DNA of 28,160 nucleotides from a virus (Duplodnaviria; Heunggongvirae; Uroviricota; Caudoviricetes): IMG/VR virus record IMGVR_UViG_2879765931_000002; one strand, 5' to 3'. Shown piece by piece: positions 20,880 to 28,160 of this stretch (position 1 is its first letter; each line of letters starts with the position of its first letter). The notes under the pieces were generated by a model. It saw only the letters and a program-made list of their open reading frames with translations, ran no database searches and was not told where the DNA came from. The position numbers and the translations under genes were made by a program.

Positions 20880-20920
20880 CAGCCACATGGCCCCCTGGCG
20901 GGGCCATTAAGGATGACCCG

Positions 20921-21119
20921 ATGGCAAAAAATGATGCAGTAATACACGTACATACCCCGTTTGTGCTCACGCTTCCCGACGGTTCTCGGCGCGAGTTTGT
21001 TAAAGGCCGTCATGTTGTGGAGGAAGACGTTGCCACGCACTGGTTCACTCGTGCGCACGCGGAAGTATCCGTTGGCAAAGCCACAGACGCGCGTAACGAG
21101 GTAAAAAATGCCAAAGAAT
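20921..21119 (+). pseudogene. Small phage head-module gene truncated at its 3' end by IS600 copy 4
   Basis: ORF MAKNDAVIHVHTPFVLTLPDGSRREF... runs into the IS600 terminus at 21120. Confidence 0.5.
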
Positions 21120-21162
21120 TGAGGTGTACTGGCAATAGCGGACACTACCATTTATTCTTTTT

Positions 21163-21981
21163 TTAAGCAGCCATCTGATGATATTTTTCCCTGAAGGCTG
21201 CCGGGGAGATATTCCCCAGACGAGAGTGACGACGCTGACGATTGTAGAAAATCTCAATGTATTCCCGTATTACTGAGATGGCTTCATCCCGGTTATTAAA
21301 ACGATAGTGGCTCAGGCTCTCATTTTTCAGCGTTCCCCAGAAGCTTTCCATCGGAGCGTTGTCGTAACAGTTACCTTTACGCGACATTGATGTTTTCAGA
21401 CCAGACTGCTCCTGTATGACCCGGTAATCGTATGCGCAGTACTGTGAACCTCGATCAGAGTGGTGGATTAGCCCGGCAGGTGGGCGCTGGCTCCTGAGCG
21501 CCATAAACAGGGCTTTACCTGTCAGCTCTTTTGTCATGCGCTCTCCCATGGCGTAGCCGACAATTTCGCACGTATAAACATCTTTGATGCCAGCGAGGTA
21601 CAACCATCCCTCCTGTGTGGCAACATACGTCAGGTCCGCCACCCAGACCTGATTTGGTGCTGTAGGAGCGAACGTCTGGTTCAGCAGATTTGGCGCAACT
21701 GGCAGATTGTGGTTCGGGTTCGTAGTCGCTCTGAACTTGCGTTTCTGCTTACAGCGTAGCCTCAGCTCCTTACGAAGACATGCCAGTCGGTCACGACCAA
21801 CGATGATGCCATTCTCTGCCAGCTCCGTCTGGAGCCGCCGGGTTCCATATGTTTCGCGAGTGCGGATATGTGCCACCTTAATCTCCAGTTTTAGCCGCTC
21901 ATCACTTTGTTTTCTGTCTGAGGGTTCATGCTGTACCCAGTTGTAATAACCGCTCCTGGATACACCAAATACCTGACACAT
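21163..21981 (-). CDS. IS600 OrfB (copy 4)
   Basis: 272 aa. Confidence 0.9.
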   Translation of the reverse strand: MCQVFGVSRSGYYNWVQHEPSDRKQSDERLKLEIKVAHIRTRETYGTRRLQTELAENGIIVGRDRLACLRKELRLRCKQKRKFRATTNPNHNLPVAPNLLNQTFAPTAPNQVWVADLTYVATQEGWLYLAGIKDVYTCEIVGYAMGERMTKELTGKALFMALRSQRPPAGLIHHSDRGSQYCAYDYRVIQEQSGLKTSMSRKGNCYDNAPMESFWGTLKNESLSHYRFNNRDEAISVIREYIEIFYNRQRRHSRLGNISPAAFREKYHQMAA

Positions 21982-22016
21982 CGCTTCAATGGGAAATTGT
22001 TGTCGCCATTGTTCGA

Positions 22017-22319
22017 TTAACGCGTATTTTTCAGCGACTCCTGTGCAAAATACGCTGTTGCTTTTTTTAATATATCGCGCTCAAGGCGAGCTTCATTTAA
22101 CGCCTTACGCAGTTGCAGAATTTCAGATTCCAGTTCAGCCACCGTGCGGGAACCAGGAGTACCGAGCCCTTTTCTGGCGGCGGTAACCCATTGTCCTAAA
22201 GTGCCTTCAGGAAGGGATAATCGGGAAGCGCCTTCACTGATCGAAAGTTGATTTTCAAGAACCGTTCTGACAGCTTCGGCTTTGAACTCTTTAGAGTAAC
22301 GTTGGGTTTTTCTGCTCAT
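22017..22319 (-). CDS. IS600 OrfA (copy 4)
   Basis: 100 aa. Confidence 0.9.
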   Translation of the reverse strand: MSRKTQRYSKEFKAEAVRTVLENQLSISEGASRLSLPEGTLGQWVTAARKGLGTPGSRTVAELESEILQLRKALNEARLERDILKKATAYFAQESLKNTR

Positions 22320-22383
22320 TATTAGCTCCTTCTGATGCCATTCTATTTCAGGAAGGAGTGTCCGTTAAACTCAGGCTATCTCA

Positions 22384-24015
22384 ATAAACCGTGCTGTGTA
22401 ACTGCTGTGGATCAAATCTGACCACAACTTTTTTCACTCCGGCATTCATTAATGCCATGTTGTAATAAACGTTTTTCGCGCCTTTAAGGGAGCCGCCAAC
22501 TTTAAGCGTAAACTCGCCTTTGCGTGAAACGTTCACCGCCTCGGCAGGCAGTAACAGCATCCGTTTTTGTTCTTCGGTTGGCTTACGCACAATCGTTCTG
22601 GCGTATTCACGCTCGAAAACATCATCAAACGAGAGTTTGCCCCCGCACATTTCTGTTTCACGGCCTGTTCTGGCATTGAACATCGCCACACCTTCGGCAA
22701 AGGTTTTCAGAAACAGCTCTGCATCAACAGCGTGGTCGCCATAGTTATCAGGTTTTGCCTGCGGATTTGGCCCCGTATATGCGCCAGCCAGTGCCGGATG
22801 CTTATCAACGTATTCCTCAAGCCCACCAACACCGAAAGCACGTTCAACAGGTTTTGCCTGGCCCCAGCCTTTACCGGCAACAACGCTTGTCCAGTGCATT
22901 TTCGCACCCATCAGTAAAAACAGTCCTTTTGGATCGTCCTCTTTTACCTTAAAGCGGTAGCGATTGGGCGCGCCTCCCGTCAGCCATTTATTCGCAGCAC
23001 CACGGGTGTTATCAATGGTGATGTGAAAATCCTCCGGGATACTGTAGCGAGTCACAACATCCATGAACGAGAGGCGAATTGAATCAATGTTCTCGCTCAC
23101 ATCGCAGCGCCAGCCCAGAATTTTTCGGGTTTTCACATCCTGCCAGAACCATGTTTTCGGACGGATCACATCACCGTTAAACCAGCGTACAAAGACGTTA
23201 TGCAGATAACCGTCGCCGTTGATCCACTGCATGGCGTCCAGGTGTTCCACAGTTCGCTGCTGTGCCGGTATCAGATGCATCAGTGCATGTTCACCTTCAC
23301 GACAGGCAACAACCATTGCCTCGTCCAGTTGCTGAATCCGGCGAAAGGCCGTGGCACGGGAGGGAATACTCCAGCCATGCTCGCGGGCTGCCAGTTCCAG
23401 ACGCTCATAACATTTGCGGAAGGCGGGTTTTTCCGGTCGCAGATAATCTGCAATCAGAAACTGCCAGGCATCCTCGTCAAATTCACTTTTGTGAACATTG
23501 CGACGGGATGCTCCACGTCCATCAACAAGTGCAGCCGCCCAGTCAGGCTTCGCAAACTTCTGTACCTGGTAATACTTGTCCCGCAAAGTGGATGCGCTGA
23601 CCTGGTAATGCCCTGCAACGGTCGCAAAAGCCGTTTTCGTTGAAATCCCCTGGTTCAGCATTTCGTCTGTGGCCTGAATTGAGGGCAACCATTTTTCAGC
23701 CAGGCTGCGCTGGGAATCGCTGGCTTTATCCCATTTGCTCCATAGTGCCTCACGATCATAATCATGAGCTTCCAGCGTGGGGCGGGCGATTTCAAAACAT
23801 CCCTGACTGGTTTTAAATTTTCCTTGTTGGAGCAAAACTTCAGCTCGAGCAATGTTAGGAAGAGAAGATATATGGTATTCGTAAGCAACCCCTCTAATTC
23901 CTTCTCTTCTTCTCTTGAGCCATCCTTCTCTCTGAGCTCTTTTGTGAACCCCCATTAATGAACCAGGTAAACCAGATAAACCCATGCATTCAATTGCTGA
24001 TATCCACTCTCTCAT
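22384..24015 (-). pseudogene. A: Mu-type DDE transposase A, C-terminal ~120 aa replaced by IS600
   Basis: 544 aa. From residue ~70 ([23 protein letters not shown]...) onward it matches Mu A closely from memory; the first ~70 aa ([32 protein letters not shown]) are divergent. The stop codon is supplied by the IS600 end. Confidence 0.88.
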
Positions 24016-24226
24016 TGTGATCCCTTAGATATCTACTAGGCCAAATTTCCTCAGGTTTCATGTTTAAGGCGTCAGCAATAATGCGTTCACCTTTAGGCCA
24101 TGGCCTGACTAATGCATTTGCAAGCGTCCCGGTTGAATAACCTGAACGTCTGGACAATTTTGCCAGAGGGGTTCCTGTTTTTTTGAGGGCCGCAATCACG
24201 TCGGCCCGATGCCAATCGTTACTCAT
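23990..24226 (-). CDS. ner: Ner-like DNA-binding regulator (Mu ner / E. coli Nlp family)
   Basis: [19 protein letters not shown]...[33 protein letters not shown], the hallmark Ner motif; overlaps the A start by 26 bp. Confidence 0.8.
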
Positions 24227-24244
24227 CTTTCGCACACCAACCAT

Positions 24245-24397
24245 ATTGCGTATGATAAAGGGTTACCAAAACAAATAATTCGTCTTGATTATCTGTTTTA
24301 TACATTACCAAATAAACAAAACCGGTTTATATCAGTTAATGTGGTTTATTTTGTAATCCATTGATTTTTATATAGATAAATCTGGTAAACTTAGTTT
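24245..24397. promoter_or_regulatory. AT-rich divergent c / ner control region with repeated TTACCAAA and GGTTTAT motifs (candidate operators)
   Basis: TTACCAAA at 24263 and 24305; GGTTTAT at 24324 and 24343; inverted TTTACCAG at 24382..24390. By position this corresponds to the Mu operator region. Confidence 0.4.
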
Positions 24398-24907
24398 ATG
24401 AAAAGCGCAAATGAGATAAACCAGTGGATGACACCCAAACAAATTACTGAACTGGATGGAATGCCTGGGACAATACAGGGGGTGCATAAACGAGCAAAGA
24501 AAGAAGGATGGCCGAAGCGTTCACAAGAAGGGCGTCGCGGGCCTGGGGTTGAATATATCCCGGCAATACCGGCTATGCAAAAAATTGCTATCGAAGAAAT
24601 GAATGCTGATACATTGAAAATGTTCTCCCTGTTAATCAATAAACTAGGAGAAAATGAAGTCCGAGAGATAGAGCTAAACATGGCTAAATATGGGCTTTCC
24701 GGATTAATGCAAGAACGCCCCTCCATCTCCGTTGACACCCTATTGGCAACGCTGGGTATTGATCGCCAAACACTACAAACAGCTTTGGCGCTGCATAAAT
24801 TACCTCCAGAAACTCGCCAAGAGATTTTGTCAATGTATGGTGTTCATAAACAGGAAGAGCCTGTAGCTCCTTTGTTGGAACCACAAGATGCGAAAAAAGC
24901 CGTATAA
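24398..24907 (+). CDS. c: Mu-type repressor c-like protein (N-terminal DNA-binding domain shared with transposase A)
   Basis: N-terminus QWMTPKQITELDGMPGTIQGVHKRAKKEGWPKR parallels the A N-terminus ([33 protein letters not shown]); C-terminus ...ILSMYGVHKQEEPVAPLLEPQDAKKAV resembles the Mu c tail. Confidence 0.75.
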   Translation: MKSANEINQWMTPKQITELDGMPGTIQGVHKRAKKEGWPKRSQEGRRGPGVEYIPAIPAMQKIAIEEMNADTLKMFSLLINKLGENEVREIELNMAKYGLSGLMQERPSISVDTLLATLGIDRQTLQTALALHKLPPETRQEILSMYGVHKQEEPVAPLLEPQDAKKAV

Positions 24908-25071
24908 CAACCATGAGCCAGCTAAAACATACTTCACCTCACATAATCACACATGTAACATACCTAAACGGCATGAGCTGATTTGTGATATGAGTCATTT
25001 GGTGACAGCCTGGTTGTTATCGGTTTTGAACGTTTTTTGAAGCTATGATTGAAATGATTTATAGTGTTTTT

Positions 25072-25244
25072 GTTTTTCGTTTTTTCAATGAAACAAAAGC
25101 AATTTTTTACTATCTTTCGCGTTTCATTGGTTAACGCCTAAAATTTGTACTACAGGCTTGCAAGCCCCACCAAATCTAATCCCATCAGATCCCGAATAAT
25201 CCAATGTTCTCCCGGTTTTTTCGTACTTCAAGTGAATCAATACA
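25072..25244 (-). other. Mu-type left end (attL) with three transposase-binding repeats (L1, L2, L3-like) and 5'-TG terminus
   Basis: Revcomp contains TGATTCACTTGAAGTACGAAAA (L1), CGTTAACCAATGAAACGCGAAAG (L2), TGTTTCATTGAAAAAACGAAAAAC (L3). Confidence 0.75.
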
Positions 25245-25586
25245 CTGGGGCAAACGCTAACCCGTTTCCGCCAGCGTAAACATATGCTGGAAAGTATTGA
25301 TAGCGCCAGCCAGAAGCAAATTGATGAGATGTTTAATGCCTATGCTCGCGGTGAACCCAAAGACGAACTGCCGACCGGCATTGACCCCTTGACGCTAAAC
25401 GCGGTGCGAAAACTGTTTAAAGAGCCTGGTGTGCAACATACGGCAGAAACGGTGGCGCAGGCACTGACCATCAGCCGCACCACTGCCAGGCGTTATCTTG
25501 AATATTGCGCCAGCCGCCATCTGATTATTGCTGAAATTGTTCACGGCAAAGTTGGCAGACCACAACGCATATACCACAGTGGGTGA
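25245..25586 (+). pseudogene. dpiA: 3' fragment of dpiA (citB) response regulator, disrupted by the Mu-like prophage insertion
   Basis: From the first base after the Mu end the frame reads LGQTLTRFRQRKHMLESIDSASQKQIDEMFNAYARGEPKDEL...RIYHSG*, matching the C-terminal half of E. coli DpiA/CitB as I remember it; no N-terminal part in the window. Confidence 0.8.
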
Positions 25587-25595
25587 CATGATAAA

Positions 25596-25618
25596 GCCGG
25601 AGGAAACTTGCCTCCGGC
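25596..25618. terminator. Hairpin GCCGGAGG-AAACTTG-CCTCCGGC between convergent dpiA and dcuC; candidate bidirectional terminator
   Basis: Perfect 8-bp GC-rich stem, read directly. Confidence 0.5.
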
Positions 25619-25626
25619 ATTACTAT

Positions 25627-27012
25627 TTACTTGCCTGTGACCGCTGCTGCCGTTCCTGGCACCATCAGCTCTGTAGCAACGATAACAATCACTAGCCCAA
25701 CAAGCACCGGCACCGAGGTGCGTTTTACGACTTCAAATGGTGAGATTTTCGCCATCCCGGCAACCGCAACGACTACGCCAGAAACGGGTGATAGGGTACG
25801 ACCCAGGTTTGACGCCTGCAGCATCGGGATAGTCAAATACGCCGGGTTAATGCCGGAAGAGTGCGCCAGTTTCGGGATCATCTCAACAAACGCATAAAAC
25901 GGCGCATTGCCTGAACCGGTCGTGACTGCCGCCAGCATGGTCAGAATCACCAATACCAGCATCAGGATGATACTCGCCGAACCAAACGAGGTAGCGATAG
26001 AAATCAGACTTTGAATAAAGCCGATGGTGCTAAGCCCCTGAGCGAATACCCCAGCGGCAACCAGCAGCATCACCACGTTAGCAAACGCATCTGCCATCCC
26101 GCGATAAGCCACTTCCAGACCAGAGAAAACTTTCTGGGTATTAAAGCTGCGGAGGAACTCCAGAATGGAGGCAATCAGCATACAAATCACCAGAATAGTG
26201 ATGATGTGTAATTGCGGACCCCATTTACCGTCAAAAATCAGTACACCGATGATCGGCGTGAACGGCAAAATGGCATAAAACGCGGGGGCAGTGGTGGTGA
26301 TTTCACTGACATCTAACATTTCATGAGAGATGTGCTCTTTTTTATCCAGATAACGTTGCCAGAAGAAGTGGGCGATCGCCATGCCGATAATTGCAGCAAT
26401 TGAGATAGGCAGCGTCGTTTTGAAGGCGAAGTCAATCAGCGACATTTCGGAAGCCTGCGCCGCCAGCACCACATCCCCTGAAGTCGGTGCGAGAATAATC
26501 GCCGCCGGGGAGGCACAAATGGCAGCTGCTGCGCCACGACTGATACCAACGTTTACCATCACCGGAAACAGGGTTGCCATCAGCAAAACACCCAGACCGG
26601 TTGCGGAAGAGACGGCCAGTGACATCAGACAAGCAACAAAATAGGCGGCAATCATCAGCAGGTAAGGGGAGTTAATATACTGCAATGGTTTTGACGCCAG
26701 CTTGACCACCATATCATTCGCGCCGATATGGGTCATGTAAGCGGCAAAGCCACACAGCATCATAATCATCATGCCGAGGTCGCCGCCGCGGCTCATTAGT
26801 AATATTTTAACGTATTCAACGATATCCGTGGCGCTGTAGCCTGTTGAAGCCTGGCTGGACGGTAACACTTTGTGCCCCATAATGGCACTGATAATCAGCA
26901 ATAACAGGCCACCGACAAATAACACACCAGTGGCGGAATACCCTTTAATGATGTAGCGAGCCACACCCACAATAACCACAACCCCAATAAGGAGTTCAAT
27001 GAATGTCAGCAT
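25627..27012 (-). CDS. dcuC: Anaerobic C4-dicarboxylate transporter DcuC (461 aa)
   Basis: MLTFIELLIGVVVIVGVARYIIKGYSATGV... polytopic membrane protein; synteny with pagP and dpiA as in E. coli K-12. Start taken at the Met matching the 461-aa protein (27012); the track ORF extends 34 codons upstream. Confidence 0.9.
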   Translation of the reverse strand: MLTFIELLIGVVVIVGVARYIIKGYSATGVLFVGGLLLLIISAIMGHKVLPSSQASTGYSATDIVEYVKILLMSRGGDLGMMIMMLCGFAAYMTHIGANDMVVKLASKPLQYINSPYLLMIAAYFVACLMSLAVSSATGLGVLLMATLFPVMVNVGISRGAAAAICASPAAIILAPTSGDVVLAAQASEMSLIDFAFKTTLPISIAAIIGMAIAHFFWQRYLDKKEHISHEMLDVSEITTTAPAFYAILPFTPIIGVLIFDGKWGPQLHIITILVICMLIASILEFLRSFNTQKVFSGLEVAYRGMADAFANVVMLLVAAGVFAQGLSTIGFIQSLISIATSFGSASIILMLVLVILTMLAAVTTGSGNAPFYAFVEMIPKLAHSSGINPAYLTIPMLQASNLGRTLSPVSGVVVAVAGMAKISPFEVVKRTSVPVLVGLVIVIVATELMVPGTAAAVTGK

Positions 27013-27100
27013 AATTTTTCCTGTCTCCAGGCCCAAAGTAAATAATAAAAACTTCCTAAAGCTTAAGGAAAAAATATGCCCAATAAATTGGCGATGAATG

Positions 27101-27114
27101 CTGATTAAAATCAA
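27101..27114 (-). promoter_or_regulatory. FNR-like box TTGAT-TTTA-ATCAG upstream of dcuC
   Basis: 9/10 match to TTGAT-N4-ATCAA on the minus strand, ~90 bp upstream of the dcuC start; dcuC is an anaerobically induced gene. Confidence 0.4.
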
Positions 27115-27599
27115 GAAAAACTGCCATTAAGACATTGAAGTTGCTGTTTTTATACATAGATAACAAAACGCATATTTAGCGGTTGGCAATTATCACATAA
27201 TAATGTGTGTAAATTGATGGTGGATTGATGCAAATTTGTTAATTGCAATGGTGTTAGCTGCGGCTGTGCGCTCAAAAAATAATCTAATATGAGCATGGTT
27301 GACGATATATATTATATACTTCGTTAAGATGATTGTTGTATCTCGTTAAAAAAATAAAATAATTTTTCCTTGATTGCATTTTGTCATCAAAAAAGACTTG
27401 GTTTTTCTTTTTTGACTATTCCCATCGCAGAAAACGACGCATCATCTTTAATCGATGCGCGGAAATATTTAACTTGAACAAGCGGAAATAAATAGAGCAG
27501 CTATTCAGATTATTCTTTATGTTGGGTCTATTAAGGTTATGTTAATTGTAGCTTTGCTATGCTAGTAGTAGATTTTTGATAAATGTTTTATGGTCACAA

Positions 27600-28160
27600 A
27601 TGAACGTGAGTAAATATGTCGCTATCTTTTCCTTTGTTTTTATTCAGTTAATCAGCGTTGGTAAAGTTTTTGCTAACGCAGATGAGAGGATGACAACGTT
27701 TAGAGAAAATATTGCACAAACCTGGCAACAGCCTGAACATTATGATTTATATATTCCTGCCATCACCTGGCATGCACGTTTCGCTTACGACAAAGAAAAA
27801 ACCGATCGCTATAACGAGCGACCGTGGGGTGGCGGTTTTGGCCTGTCGCGTTGGGATGAAAAAGGAAACTGGCATGGCCTGTATGCCATGGCATTTAAGG
27901 ACTCGTGGAACAAATGGGAACCGATTGCCGGATACGGATGGGAAAGTACCTGGCGACCGCTGGCGGATGAAAATTTTCATTTAGGTCTGGGATTCACCGC
28001 TGGCGTAACGGCACGCGATAACTGGAATTACATCCCTCTCCCGGTTCTACTGCCATTGGCCTCCGTGGGTTATGGCCCAGTGACTTTTCAGATGACCTAC
28101 ATTCCGGGTACCTACAACAATGGCAATGTGTACTTTGCCTGGATGCGCTTTCAGTTTTGA
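27600..28160 (+). CDS. pagP: Lipid A palmitoyltransferase PagP (outer-membrane beta-barrel, 186 aa)
   Basis: [25 protein letters not shown] (signal peptide) ... matches E. coli PagP along its length. The track ORF starts 8 codons upstream at a TTG. Confidence 0.92.
   Translation: MNVSKYVAIFSFVFIQLISVGKVFANADERMTTFRENIAQTWQQPEHYDLYIPAITWHARFAYDKEKTDRYNERPWGGGFGLSRWDEKGNWHGLYAMAFKDSWNKWEPIAGYGWESTWRPLADENFHLGLGFTAGVTARDNWNYIPLPVLLPLASVGYGPVTFQMTYIPGTYNNGNVYFAWMRFQF

Larger units (their letters stand above)
21120..22383 (-). mobile_element. IS600 copy 4, 1264 bp, no target-site duplication; junction between lambdoid head module and Mu-like prophage
   Basis: Termini as in the other copies (one mismatch, ...CTCAGGCTATCTCA). 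Flanks AAT / ATA differ. Confidence 0.9.
22384..25244 (-). mobile_element. Left-end remnant (~2.9 kb) of a Mu/D108-like transposable prophage: attL, repressor c, ner, 5' part of transposase A
   Basis: Terminal sequence (revcomp of 25210..25244) TGTATTGATTCACTTGAAGTACGAAAAAA... matches the phage Mu left end as I remember it. Gene order and orientation are c (toward the end), ner and A (away from it). Confidence 0.85.

Noticed and set aside
22520-23958. Plus-strand ORFs (74 to 147 aa) inside the Mu A transposase gene
   Set aside because: Antisense to a transposase frame that matches Mu A along its length; no independent support.
25631-26644. Plus-strand ORFs antisense to dcuC (88, 66, 87 aa)
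   Set aside because: Embedded in a conserved core transporter gene; Ala/Thr-rich composition produced by the opposite strand of a hydrophobic membrane protein.
27370-27390. Palindrome TTGAT-N11-ATCAA in the dcuC-pagP intergenic region, considered as an FNR or CRP site
   Set aside because: Half-site spacing (11 bp) does not fit FNR (N4) or CRP (N6). A better FNR-like match with correct spacing is at 27101..27114.

Overview
This 28.2-kb window looks like a Shigella / enteroinvasive E. coli-type chromosomal region: an E. coli core backbone (dpiA, dcuC, pagP) carrying ipaH and heavily IS-scrambled prophage remnants. All calls are from reading the sequence and ORF translations by eye against remembered protein families; no searches were run. 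From left to right: (1) an apparently intact ipaH effector gene (LRR + NEL E3-ligase domain) convergent with a prophage tail-end gene; (2) a mosaic of prophage early-region genes (Rha-family regulator plus three small unassigned ORFs) broken up by three IS600 copies; (3) IS2 and a decayed IS911 inserted into a lambdoid lysis/head module (Rz/Rz1, terminase small and large, portal, head-morphogenesis, scaffold, major capsid), where the large terminase is hit by both an IS2 insertion and a frameshift; (4) a fourth IS600 joining that module to the left end of a Mu/D108-like prophage (attL, c repressor, ner, 5' ~80% of transposase A) inserted into dpiA (citB); (5) intact dcuC and pagP. Seven IS copies (4 x IS600, 2 x IS2, 1 partial IS911) make up roughly 32% of the window. 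No CRISPR array, rRNA or tRNA was seen. I did not find a clear-cut new defence or secretion system; the strongest observations are an 81-codon gene split by IS600 whose halves now lie on opposite strands about 2 kb apart, the Mu-like remnant truncated by IS600, and a cluster of unassigned genes beside the Rha regulator. ORF-track coordinates include the stop codon and some track starts are GTG/TTG.
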